From assembly GCA_030704615.1 (NCBI GenBank), contig CM060734.1:28644001-28708000 (forward strand): 64,000 bases of DNA, read 5' to 3'. Positions 25,003 through 37,941 of this stretch are shown here, piece by piece. Position 1 is the first letter of the stretch. Each line of letters opens with the position of its first letter. Source of the stretch: Takakia lepidozioides (taxonomy: Eukaryota; Plantae; Bryophyta). Position numbers and translations under genes: made by a program. A model generated the notes under the pieces. The model was given only the letters and a program-made list of their open reading frames with translations. It had not been told where the DNA came from and did no database searches.

Positions 25003-26612
25003 CAAATGCGGCGCCGCATTTCCGTTAAGTACCATCACGAAGCTACACATCCGTACTTGTTGGAAGCATTTCCGTTCCACCTTCACATACCTTAGTTGTT
25101 GAACAGAAATACGGTGCCGCATTTCCATCCCACAGCTCCATGCCTGAGATTCAAAAGGGAAATGCGGCGCCGCATTTCCGTTCTGGAATGTCGAAAGGTG
25201 CGATTTCGGACGGAAATGCGGCACAACATTTCAGTTCCAGTGGTTCATGATTTTCAATCTGAACGGAAATGTGGTACCGCATTTCCGTTCCACCTTCACA
25301 TACCTTAGTTGATGAACGGAAATGCCATGCCACATTTCCGTTCGGGAAAGTATAAAGGTCTCACCTGAACGGAAATGCGGTGCCGCATTTCCGGTCTGGA
25401 AAGTTTGAAGGTCTCACATGGATGGAACTGCGGCACCGCATTTCCGTCCCACAGCTCCAGGCCTCATATACAAAACGGAAATGCGGCGCCGCATTTCCGT
25501 TCTGGAATGTCGGAAGGTGCGACTCGGACGGAAATGCGGTGCCGCATTTCAGTTCCGATGGTTCACGATTTTCAGTCAGAACGGAAATGCGGTACCGCAT
25601 TTCTGTTCTGGAGAGTACGAAGGTCTCAAACGGACGGAAATGCGGTGCAAAATTTTTGTCCCTCCGCTCCATGCCTGAGATAGAAAATGGAAATGCGGCG
25701 CCGCATTTCCGTTCTGGTATGTCGGAAGGTGCGACTCGGACGGAAATGCGGTACCGCATTTCCGTTCTGAAGAGTATGGAGGTCTTAACCCGTCGGAAAT
25801 GCGCTGCAGCATTTCCGTCACTCGGCTCCATGCCTCAGATACAAAACGGAAATGCGGCGCCGCATTTCCGTTCTGGAATGTCGGAAGGTGCGACTTGGAC
25901 GGAAATGCGGTGCCACATTTCAGTTCCGATGGTTCACGATTTTCAGTCAGAACGGAAATGCGGTACCGCATTTCCGTTCTGGAGAGTATGAAGGTCTTAA
26001 CCGGTCGGAAATGCGCTGCAGCATTTCCGTCACTCGGCTCTATGCCTCAGATACAAAACAAAAATGAGGCGCCACATTTCCGTTCTGGAATGTCGGAAGG
26101 TGCGACTCGGACGGAAATGCGGTGCTGCATTTCAGTTCCGATGGTTCACAATTTTCAGTCAGAACGGAAATGCGGTACCGCATTTCCGTTCTGGAGAGTA
26201 TGAAGGTCTCACCCGGACAGAAATGCGGTGCAACATTTCTATCCCTCAGCTCCATGCGTCAGATACAAAACGGAAATGCGGCGCCGCATTTCCGTTCTGG
26301 TATGTCGGATGGTACGACTCGGTTGGAAATGCGGTGCCGCATTTCAGTTCCCATGGTTCATGATTCTCAATCAGAACGGAAATGCGGTACCGCATTTCCG
26401 TTCCACCTTCACATACCATGCTTGTTGGATGGAAATGCGTTACCGCATTTCCGTTCTGGAGAGTATAAAGGTTTCCTCCGGACGGAAACTCGATGCAGGT
26501 TTTCCGTCGCACTGGTGCATGACTAAGATGCAAAACGGAAATGCGGCGCCGTATTTCCGTCCAACAGCAATCGAAAGTATCACTCCGGACGGAAATGCGG
26601 AACCTCATTTCC
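25003..26612. repeat. 53-bp-period array of about 30 palindromes (CG)GAAATGCGGCGCCGCATTTC(CG), with a 212-bp higher-order unit
   Basis: Palindrome starts at 25372, 25425, 25478, 25531 ... 26220, 26273, 26326, 26379; lies between the divergent MTase and transposase genes. Confidence 0.95.
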
Positions 26613-27006
26613 GCATGCGGAACCTGAATGGGTTGCATTGTTCCGAAACAACACAATTGCGGCCTGTCTTGATGAGCACAACTTGGTTGTCTGACCGTTT
26701 TAACTAACAGTCTTGGCACTTGTCAGTGCGAACGTTCATGACTGCACCGAGAATACTGCTGGATCCACCCTCAGGAGAAACTGTCAGGAGATGTTATTTC
26801 GTCGCCGAATCGGCCATCATTGTCATACTTACTGGCTATGGAATCACACCTCCCACCTTCATGCATGTAGCTTGAAACAATACTTTCCACTTCAATGTGT
26901 GATTTCCAATCGTCGATGGACTCCGCAGATCCAGTTACATGGTGCATGTGAGCCTTGGTCTGTCGCTATACTGAACCTCGCACTTGCCAACTTCGTGCGG
27001 TCTTCG

Positions 27007-30000
27007 ATGGCTCCGAATTCCTACGCTATAGTTTGCTATCCTCCGCAACTTGGGAGAGCCTGGATCCCAAACGAGGGAGGACTTTGCAGAGTGACTGAAA
27101 CTTACCTTTGTTCCAAATTCAAGCTCAAACCGGGCACAGTTTATTTGGAAGAAGAAAGGAAGGATGTTCCTGGACAGGTTGACGAGACCATTGTCGTGCT
27201 AGGTAACGACGGAGGTTGCAGAATCCAATGGCACGTACCCCCATCAGACACCATCCTGTACCGAGTTGTGGGAATGCCCATTCCCTTTCCACATCAGTCG
27301 TTGCCCACACCATCCACAAAGGAGTCCGGAAACCGACAGGCGGCCACTGCCAACAGAGAGGTATGCAACGATAATCATTCCCGACCTGGACCGTCAAGAC
27401 CCTCCATAGCTTCTCGCGTGGACGTATTCGACATTTCCGACGAGGAAGATGAGTGCATTGAGGTCCCCATGTCCTCCACACGGTCGTTCAAATCCGACAT
27501 GGACGTCTCTGCAGGTGCTACGCATGTACCCTCGAGCATAACTCCAACCCGGTCCATTGTGCAGCTCCTACGGCAACATCACCTCGATGGTTCTCGCTCC
27601 GAGCTGGCTGCTCTCGACTATGCCAAATTTCCAGTCAGGAGGTAACGTATCTGCCTCCCGAAGTCGATGGCAATGTCATCTTTGAGTTTCCACCTGTTAC
27701 TTCGTCAAACAAAGCCTCAGGGATGTTAACAGACATGGATCGAAAGCATGACGGACACCCCTGGTGTGTGACGAAGACCAGTAGCACGAAAATTGCTGAT
27801 GGTGTTCGTGTACGATACGTCCTCTGTGCGGGGAAGCTGAGGTGCCTCAATCCCGCCTGCTTCCACTTTCTCTCCAAAGGAGGGCGGAGAAACGAGACGG
27901 ATTGGATTGGCATACCGCATCATCCATTCATTGTCTCCAGCCAAGCTCCTGTGGGTACTTTCAAGTGCGCACATTGCAAAGAACCACCGACGTGCATGTC
28001 CATATGTAGAGCCAAGCAATATTACGTAATCCATTTGCTCCCGGACTTGACTAGAGCTTGCATACACATTGGGGTCCACTGCCACCCCTTGGCGAGAGGC
28101 AACATGCGTGAGGTTGTGCAGGAAGCACACAACATCATAAAAGAGGAGGTGAAATTGAGCCCCGGAGCCAGACCAAAGCACATTCAGCTGAAGGTAGCCC
28201 ACAAGATTGCTCTTGGCAAAATCATGTCTGAAGATGGTTCAGACCGGGTGCCCTTGAACGAAGAGGAGATGCTTGACCTGTTGGAGTCCGTCTCGCACGT
28301 TTGTAGTCCGAATGTGCGGAATCACATCGTATCTTGCAGGCAGGCGTTCGGCCGGGGGTCGGACATGCACTCAATCCTGGAGGTGAAACGAATGACTAGA
28401 TATGACTACATCCAAGGTAGCAGGTTTCCAGGGCAAGACAGCAAATCCGATCGTTGTTACATTTTTAAAATGTCGACGTGTGGGCCTGGGAGTGGAGTCG
28501 ACTTGGTCACTCGCATGACAACTGGAAACTTGTCGAATGCTTGGGTGATGTTTGATCACATCAAGCAAATTACAAACCATCAGTGGGTGACTATGGGTGC
28601 GCATGTTTATGACTATCACTCCAAGAGGCTCATGACGATTGCAATCTACGAGATGAAAGGGGAGGACACACAGTCGGAGATGCATCTGTGGGAGGGCATA
28701 AACGAGCAGATGGCAAGGGCGGGATTGCCAGAGCCCAATTTCAGGGGATTCATGGCAGACAACGCTCAGGCCAACTGGGCAGCGGTGCGGCGTGTGTACG
28801 GTGAGGACCCCAATGTTCCAATGGAGGGGAAAGAGAGATCCTGTGGATTCCATTGGATGCAGAGTCTATCTCACTACACTACCAAATTTGTTACTAGCTC
28901 ATTCCAGGCTGAACACCGTGTCCTTTGTACGGCGTGGAAGGATGCACCCACATTTGATGACGCGGAGGTTAAATTTGCTATCATCGAGGCTTGGTGGAAC
29001 ACGTCAGGTGCAGTGGAGACAACCAATCTGGGAGCCTTGCACAGCTGGTTGGGGTGGTGGCATTTCCGGTATCGACAGTTCGGACAGTACATGCGGGAGG
29101 TATGATGCTGTCATTTTCGTGCAATTGTCTTTCTATTACGGACCTTTCCATTGGTTCCTCACCATTGTTTGTGTCATTGTAGGAGCGGTGCTTAGATTCC
29201 GACACGGACATGCCGAACACGAATATGGCAGAATCAGTGCACTCCTCCTGGCGAGTGTCTTCTGCCACACATCTGGTGGACGTAGTGACGGCCACAACGG
29301 AGGACATCGACAAAGCAATCATGCAGCAAGCCACGTACTACAAGTTCCTGAGCGGGAAACAATGGGGCTTTGGGCCGGACAGGGAGGAATTGTTGGTACG
29401 AACAGCTTCGAGGTCGAAGAATCCACTAAAATGGGCGACAGCATTGCGAGAGAAGATCAAAGGGACGCCTCTGCACCGCAGAGGTGAGCACCTAGAGGGG
29501 GACGTCCGTACTTGCCCTGTGAGGCGGAGGATTGAAGAGGAACCCAGGTGCGAAGAGGATTCCTGGAGATCCGACAGGAACATTCGGACAGCACCTCGAG
29601 GGCCCGTCATGTTGCCGCACAATGTGTCTTCCAGCAGTGGAAGCCTAAGAAATTCCAGATCGCCATCGCCTTCAAGCGGGGATTCCGTGCGAGAAATTCC
29701 CACCGCTCGCTTGCCCCAGATTCCGCCTGCTGTTATGCAGTATGACCAAGCCATTGTGGAGACGACTGTGTCTGCGTCACAGTGGAGAATTGCTCGCACA
29801 AAGCCGTCGTTTCGAGGCAGGTGTTCCGCAATTCGAGTGGATACATGGCAACGTTGTTTAGAGATGATAAGGAGGAATCCAGATGGTGCTATCTCTGCTC
29901 CTACTTTTACAGGAAGATTTGTCCATGCAAAGTTTGCGGAGGCGACAACCACCCAGTTCTGGTTCTGCAGGCACGACATTATAACTTGCGTGTATGGAAA

Positions 30001-30612
30001 GCCCAAGTATGGCATACAAACAATGCCAGAGGCTCCCCCGGTGTGGCCGGTGGAACCAGGCTGCGATCTGAGTCAGGTTGAGGCCGACGCCCTTACCGCC
30101 GCAGGATTTCGGATGGTGCAGCGCACTGACGTCCCCAGACAACCATTTCCGCTTCCACAGCCTCCACCACCGACCCCTATGAGAGCAAGAACAATGGACC
30201 CGACGGCTCTAAGCATCCTACACACCGTTGGGGGAAACCGAAGAGGCGGCGACCTCCCTCAAAAGTGAACGAGACAAGGATGGGGAATGCACTTCGGATG
30301 AACTGTACAATCCAGAGCTCGACAGAAGTGCCCCCACCAGGCTTCGGGCGTGTGTATTAGATGGCCACGGCAGGCTCAGCTGTTCGCAATGAGGTGTACA
30401 CCATCATTATTTCAGAATTATCCACCTGCAATTGCACCGACTTCCAGATCATGGCGAACAAGGGGGCATCATACTGCCCTTGCAAGCATCTGTACTATGT
30501 GTACCTAAAGAGACTCCGGTGTAATTCCACAACTCATCACTTCATACATGCACCAGGGTTGAGCCCCCAAGAGGTGCACACTCTTCTGAATATGGATCCA
30601 GGGGACCAGTGA
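27007..30612 (+). pseudogene. MULE transposase (GCM-like Zn domain, DDE core, SWIM finger), copy A
   Basis: CAGKLRC..C..CAHC..C..HIGVHCHP; WVMFD, FMADN, CGFHW, TNMAES; SWIM CNCTDF...CPCKH; intron 29100-29182; frameshifts near 27640 and 30230; stop at 30358. Confidence 0.88.
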
Positions 30613-31641
30613 CCTTGGCTTGCGGTCCCAACACTATGGTACGCCCATCCTTTTCGGATAGTAGAACTGTACTGCTGCAAGTAGCTCTGACTCTGGCCAC
30701 AGAAAGGTCCGACTTATGTCTTGCCTACCAGTAACCTGTTTTGCTCGAACTAAGATAATATTATGTCATTCACTCGTGTTTCCACGTGCATGTATTTTTG
30801 TGTGTTGGAGGGTTCCTGTTTTTCTGCTCTCCCAAACTTTGCTTTCCTCATTCGACCCCCGGCAAGGAAATGCGGCGCCGCATTTCCAAGTAACGTCGTA
30901 GGTACTGGTAGATGCGGCATTCACCAACACCAAACAATCCAGAAATTTCGCACGTGCGAACCCTAATGCGGCACCGCATTTCCCAGTTGAGTCGCAAACC
31001 TTTCCCGCCAAATACTCGAAGATGACAGAATTGTGCAGACTCTATTGGTTCAATCGCGGCAAAAGGGTCAGCTTCATTCCAATGTTAAGGCATGTAAAAT
31101 CGCGGAATACTCTATACAGGCCAGTATGCGACGTCATTTTGCCGTGATATACTAGATTTCTCGTTGCACGGTCATTCATTTCCATGAGCGGATCTAAAAA
31201 ACCATGAGCGGAGTTGTTACTGACGACATATCTTCGCCGCATTACAGGATCTGGAACTTCCAAAAACGGCAAGGTCAAATAAAAAACTATTATTTTAATA
31301 CTTGTTTAATCTGCCGCATTTCCAAATTTGGAGGAGTCCACTCATGAAATCCGCGTGTCTTAGACTTCGGCTCACCGCTCATGCGGCTGATGGCTCATGG
31401 CTCATGGTTTCTGTTCATGAAATAGTAAACCTCGATGCGTGGCATTCGTGGAAGAGAGTTGGCTAGGAGGGGCCCATGGAAAGGCGTCATAAAGTTTTGC
31501 CTTTGTTCCATGGAAACCGCTGGTAAACCTTTGAACCCTACAATGGGTGAAAGACCTTGTGAAGCAAGCCAAGTCTGTTGTGAAGTTCATCCGAAACCAC
31601 CACATGCCTTTGGCAATATACAGGAGGCACGAACCAAAATA

Positions 31642-32939
31642 GAGGGAAGCTAGCGTGTGAGCGCGCTCACGTTTAGCGCACTAAGTGTGAGCAGACTTCG
31701 TTAAGCGTGAGCACATAAGGGAAGTGGAGCCTATAGCCGTGGGAAAAGCAGGACCTATTGTCGTGGGGGCAATGTTGAGTGGAACGGAGGGTAACATACG
31801 ATGCCTGGGACCTAAGACGTCGAGTTCCATGCATGAAAATTTGAGAGGAATGCGTGGCGAAATTCTTAAGGATTAATGGCTATGTGGAATGGATTAATGT
31901 AGGATGAATGCAGGATGACAAAAGATGGATGAATGAACCATGGATGACAGCAACACGAGGTTAATTTTGGAGAACTTGAAATCAACCTTGTGTCAATACG
32001 AGGTTGATTTCCGAGGACTTGAAATCAACCTTGTGTCAACATGAGGTTGATTTCCGAGTGGACATTACGTTTCTTTTTTCTTTCTTTTTTTCTTTTGGAA
32101 AAAAGATGCTTTCATTCCTCAAATCAACCTTGTGTCAACGCAAGGTTGATTTGCATCCTGCGATTTTATTTTTATTTTTATTTTTTTTGTTGATTGACAC
32201 AACCTTGATTTGAGAAATGAAAGCATATTTTTTCCAAAAAAATAAATTGACGTCGCAGGATGCAAATCAACCTTGCGTTGACGCAACCTTGATTTGAGAA
32301 ATGAAAACATCTTTTTTGCACTGTTTTTGGCATTTTGTATGGGACACAATCAAGGTTGTGTTAACGCAACCTTGATTATGCTATGGATTTCAATCGCCTC
32401 TTTCGGGAAATAAATCTTCGTCTTGCTTAGTGTTTCGTGTCTTCTAGTCTTTTGGGAAGTTCAGGGATCAACCTTGCATCAACGCGACATTGATTACAAG
32501 GGGGTTTAATAGGAATTAATAAGCACCTGCTGCATCTATGTTTTCTGAATGTATAGTTCAGGTACATCTACCATATCCTCATTCCGGGGAAGTACCTGAG
32601 CGATGACCCTCGATAATACATCTAGTCTTTAACCATCCACTCATCCATTGTTCATGCATTGCGAAGCATATGTCTATCCATCAACCATCTCGCATTCAAC
32701 CATTCATGAATTGTTCATCCATCATTCATCCAATATTCATCCAATATTCATCCAGCAGTCATCCAAGTACGCATGATATGTACAGTCATTCCTGCGGAAA
32801 TAGGTCTCCTGGGGCTTCCTCATCCGCGATTGTAAGCCCATGCACCCTATTACGTGAGCATCTTTTCGCTCACGGATTGGCATCTTCCCGCTCACGCATC
32901 TTTCCGCTCACGTGAGCCGCTCACGGACTAGAAATCCCC
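31642..32939. mobile_element. non-autonomous MULE, 1298 bp
   Basis: 9-bp TSD ACCAAAATA (31633-31641 and 32940-32948); ends GAGGGAAGCTAGCGTGTGAGC and rc GGGGATTTCTAGTCCGTGAGC; subterminal GTGAGC repeats. Confidence 0.9.
31979..32496. repeat. repeated imperfect palindrome AAATCAACCTTG-YGTCAACG-CAAGGTTGATTT
   Basis: About 7 copies in both orientations inside the 1.3-kb MULE. Confidence 0.8.
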
Positions 32940-35824
32940 ACCAAAATACAGCCTAAAGAATCCAGGAGAAACTCGGTTTGCCACCAACTTCCTGATGGTG
33001 GATAGGTTGATGACTGTGAGGTCCGCGCTCGAGCACACTGTTATTGACCCACAGTGGGAAGCCCACGTACGGACGTTGTGGGACTCTCGGAAGAACAAGT
33101 CACTGAGCAAAAGTCGAAAGGTCAGAAAGACCATTCGATCAGATGATTTCTGGTCCAAATGCGAGAATTTTGTGCACATGGTGGAGCCAGCCCTTCTTGT
33201 GTTACGGGAGTTCGATGGAAAGAAACCAATTATGGGAAAGACATGGTTGCTATTGAGGAACCTTCAGCAACATGTATTTTCAATGAAAGACCCTCCATTC
33301 TCACTAGATGCAGAGTTGGCGAGAAGGGCCGAGGCGGCTTTTGTGAAACGATGGAAAATGACCACTACAGACTTGCATGGTGTTGGGGCATTGTTGAATC
33401 CATTTCTACTGCACAACAGCATGTTGAGAGATGATGTCAATATGAAAGCGGGATTGATACGGACACTCATGAAATTGGCCCCTCCAAATCAGGGGGAGAG
33501 AGCTATATCGGAGTATCAAAGTTTCTCGGATCGTCGTGACCCTTTCCACAACCTTCCGGATTCAAAAGAACTTAACATGCAGCCGCATGAATGGTGGGAT
33601 TTGATTGGCGCCGGAGCAAGGACATTGGCCCCTATCGCAAAGCGTGTTCTTGCTCAAGTGTGCTCCGCGTCTTCCTGTGAACATAATTGGAGTAGTTATT
33701 CATTCGTGCATAGCAAGATTCGGAACATGTTGCATCCGGATAGGGCCGAGAAATTGGTATATGTGTATACCAATTCACGGCTTTTACGGGCTCAAGCGGG
33801 GGATGATACTGCAGCATGGTACGAGAGGAATTTGCAATCTGAAGACTCAGCTTCTGAGGCCTATACAACAAGTGACGATGCCGATAACTCTACTAGTTCG
33901 GATAGCTCCCAAGCGGGAGATGATGCAGAGGGCAATGATGCAGAGGGCAATGAATATGATGCACATGGTTTCAACGAGGACGATGATACAATGTCTTCAA
34001 TGTTTGATGACTTACTCGCGGATGATGTGGTGCATCATGTGGCTCATATTGGAGTCACCCGCACTACAGTGCATGATACGGACCACCATCCGCATGTGCA
34101 TCCTCTTCCGACATTGCCAAGCATGCAGTCAACTTCGGCCTTCACCCAAGCGTGGATGAGGAACGGGGCTCAAGTAGTATTTTGAATGGGAACGAGACCA
34201 ATGAAAATGTGGAAGTACACATGGCGGCAACTGTTACCCTCCCGTCCACCACAACATCGCAAACAACAGAGGAAGTTGAAGAGCCTGAGTCGCACGAGAA
34301 TGTGACAAAAAACATGGCAAGCGCTCTTGTGACGCGAGGATAGGCACTTCAGTCATCCCAAATGCAGATGGATGCCTCTGGTGGATCCATCGGATGACGA
34401 TCATCTGCCATTGCAGGTCCATCTGAACCGACAGTCCACCCACGTCAATCGACTCTCATCTCATGTTGGCGGACCCTCAGCAGCGCATCACCGTGGCCCC
34501 CATTCTGGTACGAGAATACAAAATCCCCCACAAGTGGTGAAAAGGCAAAAAACTATACAAAGTTTCATTGGTGATCGCAACACACGTGGGCCAGATACTG
34601 TCGATGGAATTACTGATCACGATGGGAATAGGCCAATCCGGCAAATGAAGATCAAATGGGGTCAGATGCGCCTAAGAATGCCTGATGCAACCACAACGGC
34701 CACTGAGGACAATGAGAGCACCGACCATGGCGCTGGCGGTGAAGTGCAAGGGGACTCAGACTTCACGCTGGTGGGGCCGGCAAGATTTTCATCATAGAAA
34801 TAGAAACAATTAGGAAGATGGACATCTTCGTGGGCAAGAACTTGCAAAACGGTCCACGGTGAACGTGCCGCGGTCCACTAAACTATTGGAATACATATAG
34901 CTCGGTTTGCTTTAGTATGAAATATGAAATTGGTTCGGAACTTGCATTTATATAATTATGAAACTATGAATGTATGCAAAATGGAATGTGCATGCACCAT
35001 GATGTTCATATAAAATAATATCAATAATGCCAAATGATCTTGGGTCAATGACGAACAAGATGCGATATACAACAACCGCGGTTGTCCAGCAGAGCAAACC
35101 GCGCAATATTCACATTTTGGCATGCAACGTATTGAGAACTATTCACTCTGAAATTGAGTATCCCTATGAAATATTCATGTATGCCGGTGGACTTGATCAA
35201 AATTCCAAACCCGCAACTTGACAACAACGGTGGACTTGTTAATAACTTAGTCATCGACACTATGAAGTTATACATTAAATCCCTATCAGGTCAATCAAAA
35301 TTATTGTGGTTAACAGTTATTCAGCTCAACAAATATGACGTACAACCGTGGTCCATGCAAAATTCAAATTGAAAATTCCAGAATAATGAGAAAGAGTGCT
35401 TCAAATATAAAGGTCGTCCACAAGCATTGGGCGCCATAGTCAAATCACAAAAGACATGCCTCATGGGCAATGCTTCGAAATTCGGGCATGAAATGCTATG
35501 TTGAAATTTTACAAACCTATTAGAAGTTATAGGAATACTACCATCGACAAAAATCTATTCATTTACGGGCAGCTACGGGGCATCTAATTATAATTTGTCA
35601 CCAAGTTTGATGAATTATGGAAGTGAGATGGCATCAATTTATCAAGCCGAAGGCATTCGTGAAGGGCGATTAAATGGAGTTCTAGCTCATCCAATGGATG
35701 AAAAAAGGAATTTCGACCTGAAAGCTGGATGGATGAAAAGACAACCTAGCACCAACTGGTCATCCATTGGATGGATGAAAAAACCACATTTATCATTATC
35801 TCCAAGGTTTTCCATCCAGGGTTA

Positions 35825-36560
35825 TTAGTTTATTGTGTTCTATCGTTTTTAAATTATAGACTCATGTAGGAAATAATAGTTTAAGACTATCCTTCACTAG
35901 TTTAAGAGGCCCCAAAAATACCATAAAAGAAGAGCAAGCTCTTTTTGTTCTTCATCTAGACTCATTTCTTTGCTTTGGCCTCTTGCTTGTATAGTTAGTT
36001 TTGAGCTTAAGGGAGCTAGATGCTAGAGGGTTGAGCTTGTGGCTCTCTAGTAGTAGAAGCAAGCATAGTTGAGAGCGGGATAGTCCTAGCTCAAGGCCTT
36101 GTGGCCATATGAGGCAAGAAGTAGAGGAAGCGCTCCATGAAGTTGGAGACTTGAGGACGAGTAAGAGGCCGAAGGAGGACCAGATTTGAGTACCATTCTA
36201 CCGAGCGATTTAGTGCATCCCGAGCTCCATCACTTGTTTGAGATGGTGACTTACCATATTATCTTGACCTCTGAATTCAATTGTTCATGTGTTGTTTAAG
36301 CTTTCCCAAGAAGTGACCCTATAGCATTGCTTGCTAAAAATTGATAAAAACTAACCCTCTTTCAAAGAGGATGTGTGTGAAGCCTTGTGTGCATGTGTGA
36401 TGAGCACAGGTAAGAAGCCCCAAAGAGACAAGGCATTTAGGAATCTAACCCAATGACATCAGGGAAGTGAGGGTAGATGTCCATTATTAAGTTTAAGGAG
36501 AGCACGGCAGGACTTTGCAACATAAGTCTGCTCGCTAGCTGAACGGTATCTGGCCGATGC
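35825..36560 (-). mobile_element. possible LTR remnant of the minus-strand Gypsy
   Basis: Follows the stop at 36587 and a PPT-like AAGGGAGCGGGG..GAGGGGGG on the minus strand; no partner LTR and no clean TG start. Confidence 0.3.
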
Positions 36561-36586
36561 CCCCCTCAAGAAACCCCGCTCCCTTA

Positions 36587-37234
36587 TCAAGCTATCTCTA
36601 GCCCAGTCACATATCTCTTGCGGGCAAAATTAGTGTACTCCCACAGCTCCTTGTCTATATAGGGGAGGGGTGTGCCAATGACATTAGAACACTGTAACCA
36701 TTTCCTGGCTTCATGTCCCTTAGAAAAAATGTGGTCAAAACCCAAGTTTTCTTTGGCCAAATTGTCCAAAGCAAAATTGAACCAAGAACGAAGTTGGGGA
36801 TCCTTCTGCAGCATGATCCTCACATCATACAGATATGTATGGGATGGAACTGAAGGTAACACCCAATGATCCTCAGACTTGGAATAAGTCTGAAATCGCA
36901 TCTGCATCTTTTGCTGCTCAATGTGATAGCGTGAAATGAAACAAGCAGCATAGTATAGTCCACAACCCATGACCAAACTAGGTACCTCCTTGGTCTTGGT
37001 GTAGATGTACCCATGAACAATCTGGAAGGCAATTAACTCCTTCAGCATGATGCCTGCCTCAGCCCAGTACCTTGCAAAATGGTGATCTTCAATGGGTCGA
37101 TTATTCGGAAGAACCTTAGTCCGAGTTGCCACTGGCAACCAAATACGGATGATCTGGTAGTAGTGTGCCAAAGACTCTGGAGGGCTGAATTCTTTCCAAG
37201 CCAAATCCATAACAATGGAAATTTGGTTGAAGGG
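36587..37234 (-). pseudogene. 3' part of a retroelement accessory ORF, cut by MULE B
   Basis: Frame ...EYNWAMIMPFN (48389 onward) continues as PFNQISIVMDLAW once the element and one TSD copy are removed. Confidence 0.7.
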
Positions 37235-37467
37235 GAGGTTTGCTATTTCATGAGCATGAGCGGCATGAGCGGAGTAGTAAGACAATCGGTTTTCATGAGC
37301 AGAAGTACAAATTTCGAAAATAAAAAACAATAAAAAACAATAATTTAATGCAATGTGTCAGGAAAAACAAATATATTATTCGGCCCCTTGAAGGGAAAAT
37401 TGCAATTTTGACAGTTGTGCTCATGATATTTCATCTTCCGCTCATGCCAATTCCCAGCGACATGTAC

Positions 37468-37785
37468 AAATATGGCGCCGAATTTCGCGGTAATAGGTCT
37501 CTCTGGCGAAAAATGGTGCCGAATTCCGCGGCTATAGGTCCCCTCATGACAGGTAATTCGGCGCCATTTTTCCAGTGCATGTTCGGACTTAGCCAGTTTT
37601 CGGCGCAAAATAGGGAAATTCAGCGCCATTTTTCCAGACACTGTACCAGTGCATGTTGGGACTTAGCCAGTTTTCGGCCCAAAAAAGAGAAATTTGGCGC
37701 CATTTTCCCAGACACAGGTACCAGTGCATGTTGGGACTTAGCCAGTTTTCGGCCCCAAAAAGAGAAATTCGGCGCCATTTTTCCA
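37468..37785. repeat. 74-75-bp-period repeat with GAAATTCGGCGCCATTTT
   Basis: Motif starts at 37615, 37689 and 37764; inverted copies upstream. Confidence 0.85.
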
Positions 37786-37941
37786 TAAATGGCCCCACAA
37801 CTGCTTCTGTTGGATCTCAGTTTGAATGGAATATTGCCTCATTCCAGGAGTTTTGGGGTGCATTTCATTACACTGCAAAAAAAAATCTGATACAGCAAAA
37901 TGCAATTGAAAATATCCATATGGAGGATTCCTTTTGCCCCA

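Larger units (their letters stand above)
9190..31433. mobile_element. MULE copy A (about 15.3 kb without the nested Gypsy): transposase, ParB-MTase gene, paralog pair and palindrome arrays
   Basis: Left end GGGGGCTGCTATTTCATGAGC and right end (rc) GAGGTTTACTATTTCATG match the two ends of copy B; subterminal CATGAGC repeats; flanks TCACCGTGG / GATGCGTGG share only the last 5 of 9 bp. Confidence 0.8.
31536..34185 (+). pseudogene. hAT transposase (C-terminal part), split by an insertion
   Basis: LQWVKDLVKQAKSVVKFIRNH..EPK|YSLKNPGETRFATNF rejoins across 31642-32939; hAT dimerisation motif EWW...SASSCEHNWS..HSKIRN...AEKLVYVYTN. Confidence 0.88.

Noticed and set aside
25003-26612. CRISPR-like look (palindromic repeat of about 24 bp plus spacers of about 29 bp)
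   Set aside because: Spacers recur in a 212-bp higher-order unit, the repeats are degenerate, there are no cas genes and the context is eukaryotic
24958-26719. Many ORFs with EMRRRIS / KCGAAFP / GNAAPHF repeats (also 18539-19425 and 40802-41660)
   Set aside because: They are six-frame translations of the palindrome and read alike on both strands
35680-35825. hAT right terminus near ...TTTTCCATCCAGGGTTA
   Set aside because: No partner TIR or 8-bp TSD is visible in the window
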